Shown: positions 27,005 to 38,380, numbered from the stretch's first letter. The stretch: DNA of 53,494 nt from Octopus bimaculoides (GCF_001194135.2 NC_068993.1:58094247-58147740); one strand, 5' to 3'. The notes: generated by a model from the sequence alone, not told the origin. Numbers and translations: made by a program.

Positions 27005-27195
27005 GATTTCAAATTTTTGCCGCAAATGCAGCCTGGATGAGGGGATTACGCTGATTATATCAACTCCAGTGTTTTACTGGTACTTAATTTATCGACTCCC
27101 GAAAGGATGAAAGGCAAATTCGACCTCGGCGGAATTTGAACTTCGAAGGTCAATTTTATCAGGCGTCCTCAAGTTTCTGCCAACTCGCCGACTTC
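27005..27195 (-). mobile_element. SINE-B with a short deletion in the head
   Basis: CTGGTACTTAATTTATCGACTCCCGAAAGGATGAAAGGCAAATTCGACCTCGGCGGAATTTGAAC...TTCTGCCAACTCGCCG. Confidence 0.85.
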
Positions 27196-27221
27196 AAGAA
27201 GTTAATAACGAATGCTCCCAC

Positions 27222-27418
27222 TAGGGCGGCGAGCGGGAACTATCGTTAACTCCGCGGCATTTCGTCCGTCTTCACGTTCTAAGTTCCAGTTCCGCCGAGG
27301 TCGGAATTGTTTCGGGAGCCTGTAACATAAGAAGCATTTGAGCACAGGGGTCGCTGCAATCAACTTATCGTCTCCACCGAAATTGCTGGCCTTGTACCAA
27401 AATTTGAAATCAATAATG
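27222..27418 (+). mobile_element. SINE-B, inverted relative to its neighbour
   Basis: GGCGGCGAG...ATTTCGTCCGTCTTCACGTTCTAAGTTCCAGTTCCGCCGAGGTCG...GGCCTTGTACCAAAATTTGAAATCAATAAT. Confidence 0.85.
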
Positions 27419-27789
27419 AACGCACCAAAAGTCACTCCCAATCACTACTGGCTTCAAATCAACCTTTTAAAAGATTTGATCTCCAATGGAGTTTATTTTT
27501 CTTTTTTATTATTTTTTTAAATCATATTTATTTATTTTATTTTTTTAAAAGAAATTCGCAATTAAAAGAAAAATATACCGGAATCTGCACTTCAATAAAT
27601 TTCAATTGAAGGAAGCGGTTTGAAGAAGTTAAATATATTTGACTTGAATTCTTAGATCAGGAAGTATTAACTACTGGCATTTTATCACGTCATGTAAACG
27701 GAAACGCCAAGAAAACACTTTAACGTTATAATATAACAATATTATAATATAACAATATTCCAGTTTTTACGAGATTATTTTTTTCGGAT

Positions 27790-27860
27790 ATTGGACTGCG
27801 GCCAGGCTGGGGTATACCCTTGAAGGCTTTAGTCGAACAATTCCACATCAGTATTTATTT
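27790..27860 (-). mobile_element. SINE-A 3' fragment abutting SINE-H
   Basis: GGACTGCGGCCAGGCTGG...CCTTGAAGGCTTTAGTCGAACAA. Confidence 0.55.
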
Positions 27861-28237
27861 GCATTATTTACAATTGACGGATATTTGTCCTCATCTTGTT
27901 TGTTGTTAACACAACCTTTCGGATGATATACACCCCAGCCTTCATCAGGTGTCTTGGGGAAATTTAAAACCTGGGTTCTCATTCCTAAGGTATTCTTCGA
28001 TATTATTATTATTATTATTATCATCCTCATTATTATTATTATTATTATTATTATCATTATTATTATTATTATTATTTCATGTTTGAGTTTTGCTTTACAT
28101 TTGTACAAGTTGGCTCCAAGTCTAACGCAGAGACCTCTATTATTATTATTATTATTATTAATATTATTATTATTCAGGTCACTGCCTGGAATCGAACTCG
28201 GGTTCTTGAAGTTGATAGCCCGCGCTCTTAACCACTG
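27850..28237 (-). mobile_element. SINE-H: tRNA-like head, (AAT)n spacer and hammerhead-bearing 3' body
   Basis: Minus strand CAGTGGTTAAGAGCGCGGGC (A-box remnant), GAGTTCGATTCC (B box, 28188-28199), AAT tracts, then a body near-identical to 30591-30682. Confidence 0.75.
27908..27953 (-). ncRNA. Minimal type I hammerhead ribozyme motif (degenerate copy 1)
   Basis: GACAC-CUGAUGA-A-GGCUG[GGGUGUAUAU]CAUCC-GAAA-G-GUU-GUGUU. Helix I GACAC/GUGUU is intact, helix II has one mismatch, and the helix III palindrome is broken by C>G. Confidence 0.65.
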
Positions 28238-28802
28238 TTAAACTTGTCAAAAACTGTTTCATGATTAGTTCGATCTCTAATAGAATTCAATATTTTGAAA
28301 GATAAAAAAAAAATACTATTAGCAGAAATGTGTATTGATTTTTGTGTGTAGGATCCCTTAACCACTGAACATATTTCAAGCGTCTCCTAAGAGTAGAAAT
28401 ATCGCGAAAGACTGCAAACAAGTGGTTTGGACCTTACGGAGCGGAGACTTAGATGCTGACACATTAAACATGAAGATGGGAACCATTGATAATTATTCGT
28501 AACTTTGGTAGCGCTAGGACATAAGCTATACTAATAAGCAATTGTTAGAACTCGATATACATACTCATGATTTAGTGTAAAATGTCAAGAGATCACCGAG
28601 AGAAATATCATTCATTGAATGACAAATTCACAGCAGTTATGCAATCACCTTCATAAGCTTACAGCCATTACTGCAATAAGCCATAGCAGACAGTGCTGAG
28701 TGTTTGTACAACATCTTATAGCTTCCTCAGAGCCATTAAAAGGAAGCACGTTCGTATATAAAATCTACAGATAAATCGTCCGTGTCATAACCTTCCTTTC
28801 AG

Positions 28803-28844
28803 GGCCTCCGCTATAGATAGGAAGAAAAGGGCGGGAGAAAGCAG
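28803..28844 (+). CDS. Speculative 42-nt internal exon (ASAIDRKKRAGES)
   Basis: CCTTCCTTTCAG| acceptor, CAG|GTTCGT donor, phase 2-2, open frame. No homology support. Confidence 0.15.
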
Positions 28845-29064
28845 GTTCGTGGGCTTAAAAGCAGCGGATTAGTTAATTCTTTCCGCCGCCACCTTAAAGA
28901 GTGTCTAACTTCGCTGATCAAGTAATTCATATCAATTGCGTGATTCAGCGACACTTGTGAAACTCAGTTGTAAGAGAAAATAATGTTCCTTTCTACAATA
29001 AATGATTACAGACGACTTCAATAGTAAGTATTTTACAGACTGTTTGGAAGCATGTAGCACACAC

Positions 29065-29100
<36 letters not shown>

Positions 29101-29285
29101 GTATACCCACAGACTCGNNNNNNNNNNNNNNNNNNNNNNNNNNNNNNNNNNNNNNNNNNNNNNNNNNNNNNNNNNNNNNNNNNNNNNNNNNNNNNNNNNN
29201 NNNNNNNNNNNNNNNNNNNNNNNNNNNNNNNNNNNNNNNNNNNNNNNNNNNNNNNNNNNNNNNNNNNNNNNNNNNNNNNNNNNNN

Positions 29286-29329
<44 letters not shown>

Positions 29330-29530
29330 TACATATATGCTTGTATATATATATGTGTGTGTGTAGATATGTATTATGTACGTATATATGTATGTATCGA
29401 GAAAGTGAATAAAAGAAAGTAAAAGATATATACCCGACGGTTAGAAAGACAAACAACTTAGACAGATAGAAAGGAGAGATAGATTGATGGATAAATAGAT
29501 ATAGGCAGATACATATACAAATATATATAT

Positions 29531-29592
<62 letters not shown>

Positions 29593-30282
29593 TTACATAC
29601 ATATATATTTTTACATTTATTTATATATACATGTGTGTGTGTGTTTGTGTGTGTACGCATGTATGTATGTAAGTATTTATGTATGCATGTATGTATGCAC
29701 GTATGTATGTATGAATGTATGTATATATGTTTGTATGTATGCATGTGTATGTATACGAGTGTGCTTGTATGTATAGACAGACACAGACAGAGACGAAGAG
29801 ACACCTGTAATAAAATATATTATAAACCTTTTCTTAAAATGAATAAGATTCTTAAAAGCGTTTGAATGTAGAAGTTAGAAAAGAAATAAAATTTAAACCA
29901 CAAAATCTTAACTTCGTTTTGTTATAACAATCTTGCTTTGTTAAACGAAAAAGTTGACTGAATATCAGGTGACAGACTTGATTGAGTCACGTTGAAAGAA
30001 GGTAGGAAAAGAAAAGAAAAATAAGACTATAAATAACAGACAGACATGTGTAGTGTGTAGTAGCCATTGTTTCGTGCTTTCACGGTGAACGCTAAATAAT
30101 AATATAAACGGGTGTAATTGGCGCAGCGTCTGAATGACAGAGCCTGGTTTCGACCTCCTTCTATAGCTAATTTCCAGTTTACACTTTCCTATTTATGTGC
30201 TTCTGTGCATGAATATATGTGTGCATTTATGTGTGTATGCATATAAATGTATTTGTATCGTTTGCATATTCCTGTCATTATA

Positions 30283-30487
30283 CAACGTCCATGCTGGTGC
30301 ACTACTGTAAAGAGATTTTACTCAGAAAAAAAGCGACACGTTATGAGTACTTAAATTTCTGGCCCTTTTTTCTATCGGATATTTTGGACACCTGCCAACT
30401 GCCCGATTATGGAGACATAAAACAAGCCAACACCGGTTTTTAAGCAATGTTAGGGTACGAACATAGGCACACAGAGACGCATACACG
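30283..30487 (-). mobile_element. Old SINE-A 3' half
   Basis: CCATGCTGGTGCAC...TTCTATCGG...CCAACACCGGTT...AAGCAATGTT, colinear with 1-120 and 19409-19572. Confidence 0.6.
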
Positions 30488-30590
30488 NNNNNNNNNNNNN
30501 NNNNNNNNNNNNNNNNNNNNNNNNNNNNNNNNNNNNNNNNNNNNNNNNNNNNNNNNNNNNNNNNNNNNNNNNNNNNNNNNNNNNNNNNNN

Positions 30591-30636
30591 TTAACAACGT
30601 TTCGGCTGATATACCCTCCAACCTTCATCAGGTGTC
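30591..30636 (-). ncRNA. Minimal type I hammerhead ribozyme motif (copy 2)
   Basis: GACAC-CUGAUGA-A-GGUUG[GAGGGUAUAU]CAGCC-GAA-ACGU-U-GUUAA. Helix II is fully paired (one G.U) and the ACGU palindrome is intact; the helix I 3' strand lacks 2 nt next to the gap. Confidence 0.65.
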
Positions 30637-30682
30637 TTGGGGAAATTTCGAACCTGGGTTCTCATTCCTAAGGTATTTTTCG
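30591..30682 (-). mobile_element. SINE-H body, copy 2 (no head found; 3' end in a gap)
   Basis: About 90 bp near-identical to 27906-28000, flanked by the same AAT-type tract. Confidence 0.8.
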
Positions 30683-30697
30683 TTGTTGCTGTTGTTG

Positions 30698-30778
<81 letters not shown>

Positions 30779-30833
30779 CTATTATCCTCATCCTCATCAA
30801 CATCATTGTTATTATTATTATTATTATTATTAT
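30683..30833. repeat. (TTG)/(TTA)n-(AAT)n-(TTA)n mosaic with internal strand flips
   Basis: Read directly. Confidence 0.9.
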
Positions 30834-32404
30834 ATTGCAGGTATACACATACAACACAAACACACACGTACACACACAAACACAAACACACACACGCACA
30901 CACGGACACACACAAACACACACACGGAGACAAAAACATACAAACAAACAAACACACACGCACACACACACATGGACACACACACACATGCACGCACACA
31001 CATACACGCACCTCCATGTAAGTTGCTTGCCGAAAGGAGTTCGCTGTAGTCAATTAGTACACTAGAGCGCACGTGATTGCAAATAAAACAATACTTATTT
31101 TGGCAGAGACCTCCATAAAAGCTTCCTTATAATCACGATAAAAGGGTCAAAGTTCGCTAGAGTTTAAGGATTAGGGTGTGGTGGAGAAGTGGATGTATGT
31201 GTGTAAATGCGCGCGCAAGTGTGTACGCGTATGTATATGGGTCTGTTTGAGAGCGTGTGTGTGTGTTGTAGAGAGGAGAGAGTGTTGGGTATTTCTCCTG
31301 GGGAACGATTGAAATTCTGGTTCACCTCTTTCAATTGAGAGAATCGACGAACTTGAAGCTATTGCCCTCCGATAAACCTACGGATAAGTCACGCAGAATT
31401 GTCTTTATCGCACTCTCTTTTCCTCTTGTGTATTTTTGACCCGTTAATCAACTAACCACTTCCCATATATATGTATATATACATATATATGTGTGTGTGT
31501 GTGTGTGTGTATGTTTGTGTGCGTGCGTATACATACATATATATATATATATATAAATAAATATATATATATATGTATTGAAAATGAATAAAATCAAAAT
31601 AAGCAACAGGATATCAAGAGGTGATGCAGTACGACTGTTTCAAGCGGCTCCGTTTAATTGAACAATGCAACCATTACATCAATTTAAATGCAGGGCTATC
31701 ATCAGCTTCACAAATAAACAGGATTTTAATAAGCCGGACATATTAATATAATTTTTCTCAAATACTTTAACAGAGTAAGAAGATGGGAGAGATTCATGTT
31801 GTCGATATTGTAGCTAAGAATAGACTACACTTCCAAGAAAAGCATGAAGCTTACTGGTGTCATAGCTTGTAAAGGATTGTGTTTCATTTCTAATGTATTT
31901 GTCTTTCTCAACTGCTAAATCTATGACTAGTGGACTGTGCTTGTTTGGAATATATATATATATGTATATATATATATATTATTTACTATTAAACCTTGGG
32001 AGAGGCATTATGCCGGTACTAAACACATGCACTGGTTCGGTCCTTTATTTATTTATAAACAGTAAACGAAAGTAAACTCAAGAGGAAGAACGGTGTTTTG
32101 AATCGACTGATCGCCAAGTTATGCCTGATATTAGAAGGAGACAAATAATTAGATTTGCATTTATACCTATTATCGGATTCTGTTAGGGCCTCATATGGTA
32201 AAGATGTGGATTGGAAAAATGTGGGTGGAAGGTGATGTGCTAGCGACCCTCTCCCAATACAGTTTTAGAAAGTAAACAACACAAATAACTACGCAGAGGC
32301 AGCCATGATTGAAACAATAACAAGAACTTAAGCATTTTCAAAAGAGAAAACATGAATGGTCATTCCTTACCCAACTGAACTTATCTTATCGCCTATCACT
32401 TGTT

Positions 32405-32460
32405 ATGCCCTCATAAATTAGTTTGGTAGTTGAGTTCTGATTGGCTGTATGCAAATGAGT
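32405..32460 (-). promoter_or_regulatory. Candidate promoter/enhancer with adjacent octamer and CCAAT box
   Basis: Minus strand CTCATTTGCATACAGCCAATCAG: exact octamer (ATGCAAAT, 32449-32456) beside a full NF-Y-type AGCCAATCAG. Motif evidence only. Confidence 0.3.
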
Positions 32461-32504
32461 TCATAACAGGGCTTCGGAACTCACATGGGAAAAAAATTCT
32501 CTCA

Positions 32505-32565
32505 CCGGGCACCGAACTCATAACAGTGCGATCGTGGACCGAACACCTTAACCAGTCAGCTTCAC
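32505..32565 (-). mobile_element. Diverged tRNA-like SINE head (D-type)
   Basis: Minus strand TGAAGCTGACTGGTTAAGGTGTTCGG...GAGTTCGGTGCCCGG. Confidence 0.45.
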
Positions 32566-33226
32566 AACTAACCACTCACATTCATGTTGCTTCTCAAGCT
32601 TGTCTTTCAGTCGATCGAACAACAAAATTGTAATTGTGAATCGACAAAGGTTACCTTGTGCATAGACATACACTATATAAACATGAGATAGTAGAGAACT
32701 ACAGAAATGAGAAACAAAAAACAAACACAGAATCTCTTCGTTATTTAGAGAACGTAAATACTTGTGTGTGCTAATATATACTTATATGGTTTCAAAACAT
32801 TGATAACAGTAATAAGAAAAGCACTATAGGAAGAAAAAGAGGATCAACGACACCAATTAAAGAGAGCAGAATTTAATCCTGCACAGATAGATATATTTAT
32901 ACATGAGTGTGTGTGAATGTATGATATCGTATATATGTGCATGTATGTATTGAGTCTGTATGTATATAAATATACACGCACACCCACACACGCATATAAG
33001 TATATACATAAATATATATATATATATATATACACACACACGTGGAGAAACAGCCACAGAGACAGAGAGACAAACAAACAGATAGATAGATAGATAGATA
33101 GATAGATATAATATAAATATATATATATATATATATACACACATACACACACAAGATCAGTTATCTATAAATATATATAAGTATACATTTATAAATGTAT
33201 ATATGTATGTGTGTGTGTGTGTGTAC

Positions 33227-33304
<78 letters not shown>

Positions 33305-33929
33305 GCATACTCGTATCTATATATTTATATGTACATATATATTGTATTTTTAAGTATATATACATATATACATGTGTGTGTATGTATGTTCACATATGTA
33401 TGTAAGCAAATACGTTTGCACACACTCCCATATATAGTAACTCACATGTATTCCAATACATACGTATACACGCACACAAATACACAACGGATTAGTAGGT
33501 TAAATCAGATTATCGGATGAAAAACGTAAATTAGTTTGGAGGAGAATGAAAACGAGGCGGGATTGGAGGGAAGGAAAAAATGGTGAACGGAAAAACACCC
33601 ACCAAACCACACAAGAAAAACCAAGCCATTCACAAAAAAGAAAGAAAGAAAGAAAGGAAGACGCAAAGAAAGGATGAAAGAAAGGGAAAAGAAAGACTAA
33701 TGATGAGGATTTTTGAAGTAAGACAAAAATCCATAAAGAAAGGACGTAATTAAAAATTAGAAGATTCTTTCTTCAAACAGAGGAAAGTCAATGATGGCGG
33801 ATTGGTGAAGAGTTGCCTAATAGGAGAGTGAAACACAAACAATGATATAGAGATATACATATATGCACACATACATATACACACGGACACACATTCTGAT
33901 ATATATGCGCACACATGCATATATACATA

Positions 33930-33947
33930 CACACACGCATATATGTA

Positions 33948-33980
<33 letters not shown>

Positions 33981-33984
33981 CTAC

Positions 33985-34069
<85 letters not shown>

Positions 34070-34070
34070 G
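33930..34070. repeat. Long (TA)n array with TACA/TGTA variants
   Basis: Read directly; a similar array lies at 33205-33360. Confidence 0.95.
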
Positions 34071-35755
34071 GTATATGCATGCATCTGTGTATCTATATAT
34101 ATGTGTGTATAAGAGTTCGTATATATGTACACATATAAATATATTGGTATATCTATATATATGTGTGTCTATGTCTGTCAATGTGTGTATGTTTGCGGGT
34201 GTATGTGTTTTTACGTGTGTGTATGTGTGTGTTTGTTTGTGTGTACGTGCGTGCATGCGTGCGTGCGTGCATGCGTGCGTGCGTGCGTGCGTGCGTATGG
34301 GTATTTGTATATGTGTGCGTGTGCGTGTGTTCACAAGTGTATATTCTTCGTTAATTATTTTCTGAGAAGAAAAACATTACCAAAATAATCACGCAAACAA
34401 TCAAACTTGAAAGAAAGAATAGAAGGAAAAAAACAGCACAAACAAATGCATACACAGAAATAAAAAGAGCAAAAATGCCACGGTTTGGGAAAAGGATTCA
34501 TGGAAAGAAGATAAAGAAAAAATGGCGGCTTTCGTATTGTTCTTCCTGATGTTGTTTCTTAGTTTGTTTGTGTTGGTAAAATGGTAAAATTACAAATACT
34601 GTCACTCACTCATACACACATACAAAACATATATACATGCATACATACACACACACACACACATATATATATATACACTCACACACTCACACACATATAT
34701 GAATATTTATTTANNNNNNNNNNNNNNNNNNNNNNNNNNNNNNNNNNNNNNNNNNNNNNNNNNNNNNNNNNNNNNNNNNNNNNNNNNNNNNNNNNNNNNN
34801 NNNNNNNNNNNNNNNNNNNNNNNNNNNNNNNNNNNNNNNNNNNNNNNNNNNNNNNNNNNNNNNNNNNNNNNNNNNNNNNNNNNNNNNNNNNNNNNNNNNN
34901 NNNNNNNNNNNNNNNNNNNNNNNNNNNNNNNNNNNNNNNNNNNNNNNNNNNNNNNNNNNNNNNNNNNNNNNNNNNNNNNNNNNNNNNNNNNNNNNNNNNN
35001 NNNNNNNNNNNNNNNNNNNNNNNTATATATATATATTTGTAGATATATGTATGTATATATATATATATGTGTATACATGCATATGTAGCTGAATTTTTTT
35101 GTATTTGGGTGCTTACATATGTTTATATGCATGTGTATTTATATGTATAAATATATGTGTAACTGAACAAATATATACGTATATACACGCGCACACTTGT
35201 ATATATATATATATATATATATATACAAGTGTGTGCGTGTGTGATGGAGGGAGTGTGTGTGTATGTGTATGTGTGTTTATATCGAAAGAAAAACGCAGTT
35301 AAATAGATAGAGTGTCACGCCGATATAGAGGGAAAGAGAAGGTGATACTCATATGTATGAAAATATATCTGTCTATATATGTATGTATGACTATATGTAT
35401 ATCTATACATATACCTAAACATATATATATATATGTATATACATGCATACATACACACATACATACATATATTGATACATGTATGTACATTTGGGATTTG
35501 TTTGCGCTTGTGTATGCCCGTTATCGTTTTTCTGTATATGTATAAATATGTTTCTCCGATTTCCTTTCTTTTTTCTATTTTAGCTTTTTCAGCAGTTCTT
35601 TGGGTGTTTAATTTCTAGCATCTTCAAAACAGAGCAGATACAAGGACAAATAGAAAGTGTGTTTTGCATCTTTTTTTTCTCGTGCATTTTCACAGAAAGT
35701 GTCATACGAACATCATTCAAACGTACATGCTTACAAAACTTACACACACACACAC

Positions 35756-35787
<32 letters not shown>

Positions 35788-35920
35788 GTATATGTGTATA
35801 TATGCCTACATACTTGCATGCTTATACACAATACACTCACTATACACACACGCACACATATTTAATAGCATATATTTACAAAAAAAACATACGTTTAACC
35901 ATATTNNNNNNNNNNAAGTG

Positions 35921-35952
<32 letters not shown>

Positions 35953-36303
35953 CATATTAGATGATACACACAGACACTCGGTACATGTGAACATATTGAT
36001 GTTTCTGAGTTATAGCGGAAGTAGCTGATTAAACCACGTGAAAATATACTAGAAAACTGATCTTTGGGGAGTGTTAAGGTTCACTTTGTATGTTACTAGT
36101 GGTCCTTTCTATCAGAGGTGACGTCCATCCGACACATTACTGAGGCGCTTTTTTGTTTGGTGGGGGGGTTACCTAATTTTGTTCCCTGTCACGGTATACT
36201 ACATGATGATCCTTTGGTAAAAGACACTTACTAAAGGTGGGGCTATGAGACCATGAAAATGGTGTGTCTTGATTGCGTGGCTCATAAATTACAATCAACA
36301 ATA

Positions 36304-36518
36304 TTCTTTACCACTCTACACACAAGGCCCGAAATTTGGGAGACGGAGCCAGTCGATTAGATCGACCCCAGTACGCAAGTGGTATTTAATTTATCGACCC
36401 TTAAAGGATGAAATGCAAAGTCGACCTTAGCGGAATTTGAACTCAGATCGTAAAGACAGACGAAATACCACTAAGCATTTCGTCCGGCGCGCTAACCATT
36501 CTGACAGCTTGCCGCCTT
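36304..36518 (-). mobile_element. SINE-B, full length, well preserved
   Basis: Minus strand AAGGCGGCAAGCTGTCAGAATGGTTAGCGCGCCGG (A box) ... CTGAGTTCAAATTCCGC (B box), central domain, tail. Confidence 0.9.
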
Positions 36519-36726
36519 ATATCTGAAATTATTTGATTTACATTTCCCTTTTCTGGTGTTGTTTTTAATAATACTCAGAAGTTCCTAGTGTTACTGATTG
36601 CAATTTCCCTCTTTAACATAGATATAAAATCATTTCGGAATAGGAATAAACGTATAGTAAGTTACAGTTGCAATGCTGATGTGAAAAAATAATTCATAAT
36701 CCTTCTAAATTAACTGAGAAATACTG

Positions 36727-36788
<62 letters not shown>

Positions 36789-37595
36789 ACCAAACAAAGC
36801 CTGAATAGTGCGTGGCAGCACTATTTGCGTGTAATGGTTATTATATTTCAACAGCTGTACCTCAGTCATACAACTTCAATTCAGACATATGAATGACGTT
36901 TGTTACAAGGTTGTCCAAATGCATCTGGTGTCGTAAGAACGGGAATAGAAATGCGATTTATGTAAAGTATAGATAACTCACATGGCCTTATGAAACACTT
37001 CTTAGGAAATTTCTGCTATCTAAACGCCAGATCTGGAATTCTAATAACGTGTCACCATTTTCATTGGTATTTATACTAAAATAGAATACATTTCCATCAA
37101 ATGTTTCACACGCCTGTCACAACTATATCTCGATTTTCTGCATATCTGAGTGGTTTTCTGTATTATCGTATTCCTGAACGCTCCATGTGCGATGCTTAGT
37201 AATCAAGTAGATGTAATCATTTGCACGTGTGCATAAGTACACATAACCACACATGTGTGCATGTGGATATATATATGCTCATACAGGTATACAATTCAGT
37301 ACTGTGATATTTTCCCATCTATTGCATATCTAAATTCAGCTTTTTTTTTCTAATATTTTCCCTTCAGTTCCGCTGCGCGGCACATTGGGCAAATGATTCG
37401 TATTAAAGCCGGCGACTGACTTTGGGAGTGAATTTCTTTGACAGGAAATGGCATTGATGCATATACGTTATGCCCTTTAGTTTGGAGTTTCAGCAGCACT
37501 TTACAACTGATATTTTTGTATTTCTCTCCTCGATACGTAACAATTCTTCAAAAGTGGTGGATACAATAAAGTACATGAGTACTAATCCTGCCACT

Positions 37596-37645
37596 AGTCC
37601 ATTTTAAATGACATTCCAGCATGGTTGCAATCCAATACTTAACAC
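37596..37645 (+). mobile_element. SINE-A extreme 3' fragment
   Basis: CCAGCATGGTTGCAATCCAA...AACACAAGTAAAAAAATAAAA, reverse complement of the family A end. Confidence 0.45.
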
Positions 37646-38066
37646 AAGTAAAAAAATAAAAGCTTAAACATATATCAATTTTAATAGATACCTCCGCTCC
37701 CCTGCCACGGCCATTGTTATATATTTCTCTTACACTTCATCCCCACAATTGCTTTAATAAATTAACTTCGACATTTTGTCCACGAATAATACTCTCCCTC
37801 ATTTATTTTGTAATTTTTCAATAATTTACTGTAAATATAACAAGTTATGTCCCCCTCTACACACTCCGGTCTTCCCCACATTAGGATATAGTCTGAAATA
37901 CGTTGAAAGAAAATTTTTTGATGATTGTTTAATTAATTACAAGCTTAATATCTTGATTACATATGAAACTTTTTCGATATTTATTCTACAAACGAACACA
38001 TAAATGGGTGTATGTATGTATGTATGTATGTATCTGTATATCTACATAATTACTTGCGTGTGTATA

Positions 38067-38288
38067 CAAAGTGTTGGTCAAAATTCACCTGGCAGTAAAT
38101 CAAAACCATTTAATTCCAAGATTTATTTATGGCTAACAACTGAATGAATTTAATAAAGACATCTAAATATGAAACATCATGAAAATTCTGAAAAACTGAA
38201 GTCCTTCTTGAGGGACACATTTTTCCAGAATTACAGATAATATTTATGGAATTTTGATTTACTGTTGGGTGACTTTTGGCCAACACTG
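38067..38288. mobile_element. Tc1/mariner-type MITE with ~38-bp TIRs and TA target duplication
   Basis: Left TA|CAAAGTGTTGGTCAAAATTCACCTGGCAGTAAATCAAAA; reverse complement of right end TA|CAGTGTTGGCCAAAAGTCACCCAACAGTAAATCAAAA. No coding capacity. Confidence 0.85.
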
Positions 38289-38317
38289 TATATATGTGTG
38301 TGTCCTTTATAATATTG

Positions 38318-38380
38318 GTATAAGGCCTGCAATTACTGGGGAGGGAGTAAATTGATTACGTCGACTCTACTATTCAATTG
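38318..38380 (-). mobile_element. SINE-B 3' fragment
   Basis: GGTATAAGGCCTGCAATT...GGGGAGGGAGTAAATTGATTACGTCGAC. Confidence 0.45.

Noticed and set aside
27202-27441. 79-aa minus ORF (likewise 7646-7968, 50582-50972, 51221-51706)
   Set aside because: These are translations of SINE sequence.
34519-34529. YY1-type AAAATGGCGGC (and AAAATGGCTGCC at 40191-40202)
   Set aside because: Isolated motifs with no CpG island or other promoter context.
36200-36300. ATGATGA box C-like motif (also 50251-50308)
   Set aside because: No suitably placed box D with a terminal stem, so not called a snoRNA.
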